Source: Lepidodermella squamata (taxonomy: Eukaryota > Animalia > Gastrotricha). From it: a stretch of 64,000 nt of DNA. The DNA is taken from the NCBI GenBank assembly GCA_047495785.1, contig JBLDXI010000066.1, positions 620,001 to 684,000 on the forward strand, given 5' to 3'. A model generated the notes under the pieces. It did no database searches and was not told the DNA's origin. It worked only from the letters and a program-made list of their open reading frames with translations. The first letter of the stretch is position 1; the number at the start of each line of letters is the position of its first letter. Shown here piece after piece: positions 49,272-61,589 of the stretch. Both the position numbers and the translations under genes were made by a program.

Positions 49272-51075
49272 ATGGCTTTTTACAACGTTGTCCTTGGCCT
49301 AGTATTTGTCTCATTATCCAGCACAGCCTATGCGCAAAGCGTCGGCTGCAGCGTTAGCGGCATGAATTTCACCTCAGACCTAACTAATCTATGCACACTG
49401 GTCTGCAAATCTGATCCAGCCGCTGTATCGGCAACAGTTGGCAACGTGAGCTGCTCAGCAAGCGGTTCAAACTGCACGTGCAACCCGAATCAATGCGTTG
49501 ACTTCGCCCCACTCTTCTGCCAATACGTAATCTGCAACAGTTCGTCATCATTCTGGGCACCTTACACCTCAATCGACGCTACAACGCTATCTACCATCAA
49601 AAGCTTGTTGAGCCAATCTTTGAACTGCTCCTGTTCGACTACTACTACTAAGCCATTATCGCAATTTATCGTTAATAGAAGCACTTCAAGCAATGTGTGT
49701 CCTGCTACGACGAATACAACCCTTTCTGGATCTTGGGTAGTTTCCGACGCTTGCCGGAACCCAACGGGTGTTGATTGTTCTTGGTACCCGGATTGCCTGG
49801 GGCAGAATTACTTAAGCTGCCTCGGAGGGTCCGCCAACGATTTTCTGACAAATTGGGGCTTCAAGTTCTGTAAGCGCTTCTCAGATGCCGCGGATTCGTA
49901 CTCCGCAAATGGCAAGGCCTGGGTAACGCAATGGCGGAAGTGCGTTCTTCAGAAGTATGCCAATGCTGTGATTGGCAAGTCGCTGAGTTGCCTGGACGTA
50001 TCAGCCTACGGCTGGTGGGCTCAGGGTGATTGCTACGCCGACTCTGGATTCTGCAATCTCACCGCAGCTGATTACCTAGCAATTCGAACCTTGTTACGCG
50101 GGTCTGTTATCGACCGGCCGTTTCGCTTGATTCGGCAGGTTAGCTCGAGCATACTGAATTGCACGGTGACTGGGCGGCGCACTGGCCTGGCGATGAAGAT
50201 GAAATTCGCGCGGAGTTTGCCGTTTGTTGCCACAACGTTCTGCGACGATGCTGAGCTGACTGATCGGGCGAGTTATGTTGGCACTGCCGTTTTGAGCTCG
50301 ACTAGCTTTGTGTCCAAGGTTAGTGCTCTAACATCGCCTGTTATCAATTCGACATGCGACATCATGCTGCAAAATGTTACATCGAGAAAGCGGAGACAGG
50401 TTAGAAAAATTGTTCAACCTTTGCATTTTGCATCTCAAACCTTCCCCAACTTAATACAAAAATACTGAAATTTTGAATTAATATTAGAATCAATTAAATT
50501 AATAAAATTAATAAAATTGATAAATTAATACAGTAATTCAATTAGAAATTAATAAAATTAATAAATTATTTTAAAAAATTAAAAAAGTAAGTTTAAAAAT
50601 GAATAAGAATCAATTCGATGCGAGTTTTTGGTTTTCTGCATACATTTGATATTTTTTGTGGCACTACATAGCTCTATCTGCCTCTGCTGTCTGTTGACAG
50701 GTATCTCTCGGTACATCTACTAGCGAGTATTACATAACGTTCATAAACACCGATGGCTCCGCTATGTCATCCGCAGATTCCGCGAAACTGAAGTCCGAAG
50801 TAGAAGGAGTCGCTACTTCAGCTAAAGCTTTTACTGTCGACAGCATAACCTATACAGCTCAAAGCGCTAGCGAAGTCACGACGAGCGATTTACAGGCTAC
50901 TTTTCCGGTTGATCAATCTCCAAGCTCAAGTTCAAGCAGCTCGACTGGAAGTGGGAAGTCTGCCGCTTACACAATACACCACGCGAGAAGCAATCAGCTA
51001 TTTGTCACTCTTGCACTAATTGGACTTATCATAATAACACGTCACAATATTGATAATAATTCCGGGAAAAGATAA
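49272..51075 (+). CDS. Cys-rich cell-surface protein with a stanniocalcin-like domain, RKRR site and hydrophobic C-terminus; exons 49272-50399 and 50701-51075
   Basis: Signal peptide; CSWYPDCL...WGFKFCKRF...GKAWVTQWRKCV...GDCYADSGFCNL; SRKRRQ; Ser-rich linker; LFVTLALIGLIII. Confidence 0.65.
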
Positions 51076-51135
51076 GATACTTGATGAGTTTTTGGAAAAG
51101 TAAATCTCATTATTTCATACTTATTGTGACTTGGC

Positions 51136-53276
51136 ATGACTCTCAGCTTAGCGAAAAACGTACTTGCCCAAGTTGAAATCGGAGATTTTGATGGATTCAA
51201 GACTGCCATAGCAACAATGAGTATAGAAGCTTATCTTCAATCGCTTCACCAGCCGATTCTTTGGGAAAGCTTACCAGACAATGAGAATGCTGAAAGGCCT
51301 ATCCATAGAGCTGCAAGACTTGGCCATACTGAAATCGTTCGTTTTATGGTTGAAGATTTGAAAGAACCGTACGAGGCCCTTCGAACGAGCTCTGGTCAGA
51401 CTGCAGTGTTTCTAGCGGCGGAAAACGGCCATCTGGATATTTTGAAGATATTCATCAAGCGGAACCCGTTTTGCATCGATCCTGTTGATAAAGACGGTTT
51501 CACTGTGCTAACGAAGGCTGCTCAATGCGGGAGAACTGAAATCGTTAAATTCCTCCTGGGCGAGAAATTGTTCGAGCCGAACGCTCGAGATGCAAATGGT
51601 TGGACAGCTCTTCACGCTTCTTGTTATCGAAATCATATAGCGACAGTTGAATTTTTGCTAGCGATTGCTGACCCTGAGCTGTCGATCGATGATGAGGATT
51701 CCCCTCATAAAGGCGCATCTTGTATCCATTTGGCTGCTGAGCTGGGCCATCTTGAAATGGTTAAACTTCTTTTGGAAGCAAAGCCTTGCCTTATCGAAAG
51801 AAGAGATGGCTTCGACGATTCCGCCCTTAATTTGGCCTGCTCGAATGGTCACGTTGGTCTAGTCGGATTTCTAGTTGAAGATTTCAAGGCCGACATTGAG
51901 AGACCAGGCTATTCAGGTCGAACCCCACTTTTGAGTTGCTGCGAAGCTCCGGAACCGCAGAATCTTGAATGCGCGAAGATCCTACTCAGAAATGGCGCGA
52001 ATCTTCTGGCTAGAGATCATCAATTGAACTCGGCGATCCATCTTGCTTGTACCTTTTCGAGGAGCCCAACTCTGATAAGGCATCTATTGGCCCAAGGCCC
52101 GGATGAAATGGTCGAATGGAGGAACGAACGGGATGTAACCCCACTTGGAACCGCGATTATGATGCCGAATCAACTCTCGATAATTCGAGTCCTAACCGAA
52201 GAATTTGAGGCTGACATTGAGGCGAACACTTGCAGAGATGGCGTTACTCCGCTAATGCTAGCCGCAATGCAAGGTGATGTTAGAATCGTTCGGTATTTGG
52301 TTGGGAAAGGGGCGAAAACCGACTCGAGAACTAATGGCGAGAAGCACATGGCAATAGATTATGCAATATCTCACAATCATATAGATATCGTGAAATATCT
52401 GTTCTTACTTGAGAATCCAACTAGCTTCAAGGAGAGGGCAGCTACACTGATTCAAACGTGCTGCCGTTTAGGTCGACTTGAGATTCTAGACTTTTTCCTC
52501 GATAACTTCCCTGGAAATCTCGAGATGAGAGATTCTATAGGCATGACGCCTTTGATGACAGCGATTTGGCACGGTCGTTTAGATTTGGTGAGGTATCTAA
52601 TCGTGAAAGGCGGGAATTTGTGGTCGAAATGCGATTTTGGCTTCTTGCCAATTCATCTCGCCATCGACCAGGGCGAGCTTGAGATAACAAAGTTCCTGCT
52701 GGATTTGAGCCCGAGATTGATTGAAGCCCCGACGACACATGGCAGCTCGCCGTTACTCGTCGCAGTTCGAAGTGGCCAAACAAAAATTGTTGATTTCTTA
52801 CTAATGAAGTGTGGAGCTAACGCGAATGTTCAGGATTGTTACTACAGGACACCGCTGATTTTTGCCTGTCAAAATGGTAGTTTGAGAATGGTAAAGACCC
52901 TACTGGAACATGGCGCTGGTCACTTTCAGTCGGATGATTCCAGTGATGGGTATTGCGCGATTCATCACGCCATTATTTACAACCAGCTGGAAATTGTTCG
53001 GTTTCTGCTATGCCGAGAGCCTGATCTTGTTGATTTGTCAACAAGTCGTAGTGGTTTAACTCCGCTTTATTTGGCACTTTGGACCGGAAATTTGGATATT
53101 GCGAAACTCTTGCTAGATAATGGTGCTTCATACCACAGGACTGAGTTCTCGATTCAACTATCAAAGCTTTTCGAACAAGGTTTTTTTTTTATCAATTTTC
53201 ACTAATTTTTCATTTTTTTCCCCACTTCTCAGGAGCTTATGCAATGCAACTGGTCGAAAAAGAGCGATTCGAATGA
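51136..53276 (+). CDS. Ankyrin-repeat protein (many tandem repeats); short last exon 53233-53276
   Basis: Repeated GxTPLxxAxxxGxxxxVxxLL motifs across a 689-aa ORF. Probable intron 53180-53232. AATAAA follows the stop. Confidence 0.9.
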
Positions 53277-53340
53277 TGAATAAAAATAAAATCAGCAATC
53301 ATCTGTTATTTTTTGTAAGAAAGTTCGCAATATTCAAAAA

Positions 53341-54474
53341 TCAAAGCATCCATTCAGTATCGCGTTGATAATATCCCTTGAAGTGGCAAGCCGGTATGCC
53401 CTGCTCGCAGTAAGGAAGTGATTCACATTCAACAGCCGATAGATTGCGATAAAACGACCACGACCCAGGTTCCACGACCAAATTACACTCGTAATGCGGC
53501 CGTTTACATTCCCACGTAAAGATACAAGTTGGGTCCAGCGTCATTTGGCCATTTGTTCCGATTTGAGTTAAAAGCGTGCTTAGAACTAGCAGGAAAATCA
53601 TCCCAGCTTCAACGACGAAACTCAGCAATCTAATCTTCTTATTAGCCATAGGGTAAAGGACAAGATAAGGATTGCAGCAAGTTCGAGAATCATCGATAAA
53701 ATTGATATTGCTGTTATAGCTGTTGTAGCACTTTGTACAGAAGAAACCGCCCCATAGATAGAGCTGAAGGATGAAGAAAACTATTGCGAGAAGGAGAGCG
53801 CCGAAGTTAAGGCAGTACAACAGCCATTTCCAGGCTTCGGCACTCGGGTCGCAGATGTACATTTCTATGCAGCGATACAGCCCCCTCAAACTCCAGATGT
53901 TCGCGATAACTGACGAGAAAATGAAACCAATCGTACCTAGGATATGAATTGTCTTGCTTGCTTTCATCGAGAAGCAACCGGTTAAGTCTTCCGGGTCGTG
54001 AACTGAGCCATTTCCATCACTTGGGAAGAATCCAATGAGGAATACGCAGAAGGCTGAGACGAAGCCGAGGATGAACGGCATAACCTCATGAATTTCGTAC
54101 ATTTCGCCATCCCGCCAGGAGATGTACGAATCACTATGTAGAACCATGAAGCCAAGGGAGATGAAACAAGCGACTAGTAGCAAAAATCGATGTTCCTTCT
54201 TCTTAGGGTCAGCGCAGTAGGCACTGATTGTTGAGAAGCCAGTGTAATTCTCACTGTACAGATACTTAATCGCCCGATACATGAAGATTCCGCTGTATAG
54301 AAGGATCAATATGAAGATGTAGGTTACGAAATGGACCATTGGATTAGAGTTAAGGGCTATGATTGTATGGTTCGCGTCGCATCGAATTCCAGCCAATGAG
54401 TAATTTTTCTCCATTTCTAAGATATCTTTGTCGGGGACAGGGGGCTCCCCCCACCACCCCGCTCTTCCTCGCAT
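53341..54474 (-). CDS. Frag1/DRAM/Sfk1 (TMEM150-like) multi-pass membrane protein
   Basis: About six hydrophobic segments with family-like FSTISAY...EHRF, IHILGTIGFIF and SFVVEAG motifs; Cys-rich C-terminal extension. Confidence 0.6.
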   Translation of the reverse strand: MRGRAGWWGEPPVPDKDILEMEKNYSLAGIRCDANHTIIALNSNPMVHFVTYIFILILLYSGIFMYRAIKYLYSENYTGFSTISAYCADPKKKEHRFLLLVACFISLGFMVLHSDSYISWRDGEMYEIHEVMPFILGFVSAFCVFLIGFFPSDGNGSVHDPEDLTGCFSMKASKTIHILGTIGFIFSSVIANIWSLRGLYRCIEMYICDPSAEAWKWLLYCLNFGALLLAIVFFILQLYLWGGFFCTKCYNSYNSNINFIDDSRTCCNPYLVLYPMANKKIRLLSFVVEAGMIFLLVLSTLLTQIGTNGQMTLDPTCIFTWECKRPHYECNLVVEPGSWSFYRNLSAVECESLPYCEQGIPACHFKGYYQRDTEWML

Positions 54475-54822
54475 TTTTAAAACAAATGACTAAATTCAAA
54501 GTAAAGGTAAAAATTAGATCAGTTTCAAAATACGTGGCAAGGATAACATGTCTGTAATTATAAAACGCGATAAGACTGAAGTTATAAGCACAATTGTCTA
54601 CCACTCTCTTGGGGTGAAAAGATAAGAGGTGCGAACTTTAGCACTTGATAACGTTGTTATTGTTTCGAAAATAAGCTAGATAGGCAAACGTCCGACTGTA
54701 GCTTTCCGGGTCAAAACTTCATTATTGCATCATGCTGATTCACCCCTTTTGAATTTATCAAAAAATGCGGTTAATACGTAGCAAAAATATATGGTTTATT
54801 TCAATCACAATCTCTCAGTTGT

Positions 54823-56442
54823 TTAGCTAGGTCGTGGTATTAATGATTTATGGAAACTCCACTCAGGAATTCCTTGTCTACCGAGCCATACAATCAAAAT
54901 AAATGGGCATATCGCTAAGCCAGCTACGAAAAAGAAAGTGTATCCCCTGAGAAATGACTCGGCTGAATCGCTGGAATTTCCAGACACCAAAGCCCCGTAT
55001 AACGCGTTGAATGCAACACTGGCGCTTAAGAAACATGCGTTTTCCAACACAGCGATTACCGAGAATAATCGGCCTTGCTCAGCTTTTGGAGTTAGTTTCG
55101 ACATACCAGAGCGAAGTCCGACCACTGGGAAGCAGCCTAGACTGCCAACAACCGAAAAGACCCAGGGCGAATACGTCGCGTAAAAATCTCCGAAACCGAT
55201 CGTAATCAAACCCAAAATACGACTGGTAACTCCGGTTAGGCAAATAGCCGCGTCTGATAATGGGAAAATTCCGAATGGGGATTTCAACCGAAATAGTCGA
55301 ATCAAAACCGCCGCGGCAAAGCCAGTCAGCAAAGTGTAGACCGAAACGAAAATTGCATAGGAAAAATTGCTTATTGAAATCGGATCATGAGTTAGGAAAG
55401 CGTAGACAACAGATTGCAGGCCTAGATACCCGAAAATCACTGCATTGCAGCCATAAGTCAGCAGCATAATCAATCTGTATCTCGACGAATTAGTCTCCCA
55501 GTTGAAAATTGATTTGAAAGAAGCGATAATGACAGCATGAGGCGCGCAGAGGTACCGCAGCCACGATCCATCGCTCTCCTCTTGAACTTTAAGGCGGATT
55601 TCTTGTAACGAGCGCATTTCTGGCACAAAGCAAAGCGCGCACACAATTCCGAAGCAATTGATCGCGATTTGAATGACAAACGCTAGGAGGTAGTTTTTTG
55701 AGCTGAAGAAGAAGGCGTTCACTAGAGAACCGCTCGCTTGGCCAATGTAAATCGTGCCTTGAACTATAGCCAGCCTCACAGTTCTACTCTGTTCCGTTGT
55801 AATACAGCTGATATAGGATGAACATGCCAAAATTTCAGTCGCGGAGTATCCAACCAAGCCATTGATAAAAGAAAATAAGCCGAGATAGATAGGATTCAAT
55901 GAAACACTCAAGCTAGGCGAGTAATAGTAGCCTAAGTAGAGGATGGTTACGATAATACTGCCGATGTGTGGTAGAATCAACGGAATTTTGTGTGAAAATT
56001 TGTCGCACCAAATGCCGTAGATGACAATGGTCAGCATGGCAAGTGGCCATATTGACAGGGATGAGATCGTACTGAAGGTTTCGTAATCGACCTGAACCTG
56101 GTTCTCCTGATTAGCAAATTCTTTGTTCGTATCCAATTGGTTGCACAACTGCTGGTCATTGTTGTATTTGTATAAACAGATCCTTTCGTAGATAAATTCT
56201 TGTTGCGCCGGCGAGAATAGGCCGAATGTGAAGAAGTATAGGAAAAGTGGGATCTCGACACTAATCAAAGGCGGTTTTGGATAGGCTCTGATATGAACTA
56301 GCCATCGATCCATAGGCGAGTTCTGGTCGAAATCTGAGAAGGTCGAACCAGTTAGCGTGTAGCTATCTGTATCATCCTCCGGTATAGGAATGACGATCTG
56401 TAGATTGTCCCTGGAATTTCGGGCACTACCAGGGTTTTCCAT
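54823..56442 (-). CDS. SLC46-like (PCFT/heme carrier family) MFS transporter
   Basis: VEIPLFLY, YERIC...C loop, GIWCDKFSHKIPLILP, SYISCIT...RTVRLAI, LRSGMSKLTPKAEQGRLFS; about 12 TM; intronless ORF. Confidence 0.85.
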   Translation of the reverse strand: MENPGSARNSRDNLQIVIPIPEDDTDSYTLTGSTFSDFDQNSPMDRWLVHIRAYPKPPLISVEIPLFLYFFTFGLFSPAQQEFIYERICLYKYNNDQQLCNQLDTNKEFANQENQVQVDYETFSTISSLSIWPLAMLTIVIYGIWCDKFSHKIPLILPHIGSIIVTILYLGYYYSPSLSVSLNPIYLGLFSFINGLVGYSATEILACSSYISCITTEQSRTVRLAIVQGTIYIGQASGSLVNAFFFSSKNYLLAFVIQIAINCFGIVCALCFVPEMRSLQEIRLKVQEESDGSWLRYLCAPHAVIIASFKSIFNWETNSSRYRLIMLLTYGCNAVIFGYLGLQSVVYAFLTHDPISISNFSYAIFVSVYTLLTGFAAAVLIRLFRLKSPFGIFPLSDAAICLTGVTSRILGLITIGFGDFYATYSPWVFSVVGSLGCFPVVGLRSGMSKLTPKAEQGRLFSVIAVLENACFLSASVAFNALYGALVSGNSSDSAESFLRGYTFFFVAGLAICPFILIVWLGRQGIPEWSFHKSLIPRPS

Positions 56443-56640
56443 TCCGTTTATACCGGCCAAAAAATATTCCCAGTGCAAAGCGAAATGCTATAAGGCAAAA
56501 CGGGCCATAATTAGAGCTGCTTTATTATCACAGCCCACCTTATCAAACTCAGCGAGAAATCATGTGACGTAGAAGGATGGATAAGATAGGAAATTGTAAT
56601 ACTTGTTACGCCTCCAACTCTCATCTCTTTTCATTGAATC

Positions 56641-57837
56641 ATGCTTCTGCCAGAGTTTGAGGCGATGATGGATGAATGCCTGGATAATCTTCGGAATACG
56701 TTGATTCATTTAAGCGATTTCGGGCCTTATAATGTTATAATCGACGGCTTATCGAAAAATATCTGGCACCTTGGAGAAATCCTAAGAGGCAGTCTTTTGG
56801 TAAGTTCAAGTTCAAGAAAAACAGCTTCAAACCATTTTTCGCAGGTGGATGTGAATTTGAGCAATGTTCTCGAGTTCCTTGAAGCAGGCCTCTACTTCGA
56901 AGACCATAAGATCATTCAAGCCTGCGAACGATTCATTATGAAGAACATAGAAGCCGTCTTGAAATCGAGTGACTTTTCGAAATTATCCGGATACGCGGTT
57001 TGTCACATCATTGATTTGGTTAGGAAAACCGACTTCAAGGCTGAACTCTTGCTTGCAGTCAGTTTGTGGCATCGAGCTAAGCAGCCTTCAAATTTGGCCG
57101 TCATTATGAATCGAATCAATCTAGCTGAAGCCCGTGAGTCAATGCAGTCGAGGAAAACATCGCTACGAGAATCACTGGCACTATATTCGTTGCTGGACGA
57201 CTACGAAAGAAGCCTTCTGGCCAACCCATCGAGCGAAAAAGCCTCAAAACGGTCTAACTTGCTCACGATTAAGCATTACCAAACAACTGTTGATTACGAC
57301 GAGGGAAATCATACTTTCTTTACGTCGATATTGAGCGATGCAATTTTCAATGACCACGCGGTTCTGACGTTCATTTTACCTCAGGAAGTTTTGATCAGCT
57401 CATTTCAGTTCATGATTGATTGCGAATCGTCCTCCTTTCAAATTGAAACTTATGACGCTTCACATAACTACGGACCATTTCCTGTCGTACTAGGAAAAAC
57501 TCCAATTGCGAGGCAAAGGGGCCTCAAGGTGATATCTGTCCAGCCTCACTGCGTTAGGCAGGGTAAGCGAATTGGCGGAAAGCGGAAATAACAATTAAAT
57601 TCATATTTTCTATAATTTTTCGGTGCAGTTCGGATTTACGCCTCAGCTCTTGGAGGAGGGCGAATAGCGATTTCTCAATTCCGATGCCCGGCTAATTTGA
57701 ATCATGAAGATCGCAGCCGGTTACGAAATGCCTTCGCGATGGACCCATCATCGGCCTATCTTTATGAAGTTATGAACTCCAAATACTATATTGGCAAGCT
57801 TTTCAAGACCGCGAAACACTTCTTCGCATTGAAGTGA
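56641..57837 (+). CDS. BTB/BACK-type protein with a C-terminal beta-sandwich (BTBD9-like), divergent
   Basis: NVLEFLEAGLYF...ACERFIMKNIEAVLKSSDFSKLS...ELLLAVSLW (BACK-like). Probable introns at about 56799-56844 and 57563-57628. Confidence 0.6.
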
Positions 57838-59168
57838 TATTATTTTATATTTTAGCGATATTATAATCACTGAAACAATTCTACGTATAGAAAAAAATCA
57901 GCATCATTCATTCAGGTATTAATCTTGAAGCTTTGTTTGCATGAAAATTATAACCAGTAACGAGGCAGCGACTAATTTGATTCAACAACATCGCAATGCC
58001 CTAGATGCAGCAGGACGCGATGATGTGTGTCCTATTAAAAAAATAACCACTTTACACCCGTCGCAAATTATCCGGCTGATGGATCAGGATATACAGTAAT
58101 GATTTTTATAGGTCATCGGCAGTAAATTTGCAGTCACTATGTATTTAACAGTCATTACAGGAAAAATGCTTGCCACGGAAGTGTATATAAGTATTGTGAA
58201 GTCCCCAATTACAGGTATGGCGGAGCGTGACTGATCCGTGTTGACAGATCCGCCGTAAAAATTGTTAGAAAAACACGGTCTAATTAGAGAATGAAAACTC
58301 GTTTTACGCTATTTTTAGATCCTATATTGGCCGCTAACCTTCGAAAAAGCTATGAGGTACGGATAATCTTTATTTAGTGAATTGAATAAGAATAATGAAT
58401 AGTGAAACCTGATAAATTCGTCCTGAATTGTATAATCCATTAAGTGCAATTGCTTTCATAAATTTATAAGCATAGTGTGTATAGTGTTGGAGCACTTCTC
58501 GCACCTTGTAAAACTGTTCGGATGTTCTAGTCATTTTATCGCAAATTAAAGTAGCATGGCATAGGTATTCTCACGTTCAAGTCACCAATCAACTTACGCA
58601 CTCATATCCAACGATTATTTCCTCGTTTGTTGAAGCAACGGAAAAATCGAAAGCGAGTTCGCATTTCCATTTGCCTGAAATGCTAAGATAATATAACATA
58701 AACGCAAAAATTCTGCAGCCCTTGCATAATCTGGCTAATAAGCGACTAACGAAATCAGAAGTTGATAACTGCACCTCACTATGCGCATTACAAATTCACT
58801 TGACTGGCAACCTCTCATGCTTTCGCATTTCGCATCAATCATTCACCTTAGACACAGTGGCCCTACAATGCAGCATAGGCGGAGAAGAAAACATGTTACG
58901 CTCTACTTTTCACCCTTCAACTTGAGCCGCCGTAAACAATTCCGAGGTGATCATCCACGCAAAATCCTAAATGCAACAGTGCTTCCTGTTTCCTACTCTA
59001 TAAAGCTCTTTTCCATCCATCAAAATCGATGAGCTTGTCACACCTTATACATGCGGCTCATATATAACCCGCATTTCTATAAGCCCTTTTATCATTTGTC
59101 ACTGTTTTACAGTAGCATTTTTATAAGCATTTTACTACTGATCACTCTGTTGTCTCAACATTTCACCG

Positions 59169-60465
59169 ATGATATCATTACCCTCCCCGAAATGTAAGGT
59201 CTGCAGTTGCCCCGTTGTGCCACGGGTTGGCTATCAACCGCGAACTTGTACTGCTTGTCAGAAATTGTGGCTGTGAGAAGTGGCAGCGATTGAGATGCAT
59301 CCATAATCGCGAGGATTCGACCGAGAAAGAAACAAAACCTCGAAATTGGTACAAATTCGGGTGTCCGAAATGTCGATTCGAAGCATGTATTCGCGCAGGT
59401 CTTAAAAGTAAGTTCATTTAGGAAAAACATCAATTCTTTGAATGTTCAGTTCAATAATATTAGGCCGGTACTACAAGTCGCCTGGTACGACTGAAGGAGA
59501 GAGCAATTATTCGGATTTCTCCTCAGAAGGACGAAGCAGCGAGTGTGCTCTGATACAAAACCCGACGGTTTACAATGGCGAAGACGTCGAAAACATCATA
59601 CGGCTGGCAATAACGGCACAAACTTATCTTCACCAGCTTGAATTCGTAAGCCAATCGAATTTCCTGTGCCTGTGTGTGGATTAAATTGACATTTTCAAGC
59701 TTCCTTTGAGGGAACAAATCAGCATTGAAGATGTGCACAATCCTCAAATTTTCTCTCAAATCTTGGTACGGAGCGGTATCGAAATATTGCGGATTGGCCT
59801 TGAATTCTCAACATTCTTGAAAGGTTTGCTAGGCCTAGATCTCAAGAATACGATGAATTGAAACGCGATGTATTAGATTCATTTCAGATACCTGAAAATG
59901 ACGCTGCAGCAATGATGCGTCGTAGCTGGAAGCAAATATATTTGGCCTACTCAGCTCTGCCATCAACTACAGGCAGAATACTAATAGGGCAGTCTAATCT
60001 GGACAATTTTTTGGCCGTGGATCCTGAAGTGCGGGTTCGTTTGAAAGAAAACCAAATTCAACACAAAGTAAACACATTTTCCAGTGTGCGGTTGAGGCTG
60101 AAGAAGAGGTTTCGTCTGAAATTAGTAAATGGGATCCTACGCTGCCGGAAATCGCAGTCTTTAATCTTCGGCTATTCTTGAAAAGTAAGTATGACAGGAA
60201 ATTTCTGATACAAATGCTGGGTCCTGTTTCAAAAACAGATGTGATGGCATGCAGTTATCATTCTCGCCGTCTCAAGCAGCGAGTTGATACAGCTTTCTCG
60301 TTGGTTTGCTCAACGCGATTCAGGGAGAATCCTGGTCAAGCTCTCGTGCAGGTGGGAGCAGTCGAGCGACTGCTCGCCGTAGAAGCAGACCTAATAGACC
60401 AGAGCGCAGCGGCCGTTTCGGCACGGCGCCGTTTGGATGAACAGTCCGCCGAATTCTTTTCGTGA
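59169..60465 (+). pseudogene. Divergent nuclear receptor (C4 DBD + LBD-like) with an apparent frameshift in the DBD
   Basis: CKVC...TCTACQKLW in one frame; RCIH...CPKCRFEACIRAGL in another. The spliced downstream sequence EFSTFLK|IPENDAAAMMRRSWKQIYLAYSA resembles the LBD signature. Confidence 0.55.
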
Positions 60466-60681
60466 TTGAAAAATTCCGAAAAACTGAACATTCATTATGT
60501 TTCCGGGTCAAAGTCCACAGTCAGCCATTGCTGTCATCCATCAGCCAATCATCCATGCTGTCAGCTCGCGTGTTGTCGTCCAGAGAGCGTGGTGACTTGG
60601 CGACTTGGTCGTTACGTTGCAATTTTCATCGCAAATTTCGCATGATTTTTAAGGTGTAAGAAAATCAATAAAATAAGTTAA

Positions 60682-61589
60682 TGATCAGCGCCTACGGAAG
60701 CGCGTGTCTATGTGCGCGTATACACGCGAAGGCCTTTTTCGGTGATTTTGCGTGTTTACACGTCGACTTGGACGCGTATACCCGCTTTTTCAAAAACTCG
60801 ACGTCTATACCCGCAAGTTGTGAAAAAAAATTACTAAGACGTCTCGACACGCTAATGAGGCGTCTTCACACGCAGAAATTGAGGCGTCTTAACACGCCCA
60901 TATGCTAATTTTATTCATGATTTTGACCATTTTTATTCGGAAATCGCAGGAATTTCAACGATCTTCGCTAAAATCAACAATAATCAATCACTCAGCTTGC
61001 AAATTAAAAAAATTAAATTATAAATTATAAAAATAAATAGTTCAGGTTTTCATTGATTAGTGATTGAATTGGCAAGGCGCGCGATGTCGAAATCAAGCCG
61101 CTTGCGCAATCAATTTGATTGTTTTCGGTAGTGATACCCAGCGCGGTATTCAGCAGGTTCACCTTGTGCCCTTGCGCCAGAAGCCGTGGATATGCCAGTT
61201 GAATTGCCAGAAAAAGATCAGAATATCTCAAAAACTAAGTATCGATGAAACTCGGTTTTTTTGCGTTTTATAGCTATTTTTGCCCTAGTTAATGTCTTTG
61301 GCGTCTTGTGACGCAACATTGTTCGCGTGTGAACACGCACTAGCTGTGTGACCATTGTGGCGTGTTAAGACGCACCATAAGCGTGTAAACCAGCGATTAG
61401 GCACTTGCCAACTTTGCGTCGACAGAGGGCACAGGTGTTTCAGCAAAATATTTTCGAGGTCGATATTTTGTATCGCAATCATAGTGAAATAAATTATCAG
61501 GTGGAAAGAAAAGGCTGATTGATAAAATCTGAATTTGTCGAGTATTAAAAGTGAAAAACGCGTGTATACACGTCGTAGGCGTTGGAGGG
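60682..61589. mobile_element. Possible piggyBac-type non-autonomous element
   Basis: TTAA at both ends. The right end read inward is CCCTCCAACGCCTACG..GTATACACGCG; the left end is TGATCAGCGCCTACG..GTATACACGCG (partly degenerate). Confidence 0.4.
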
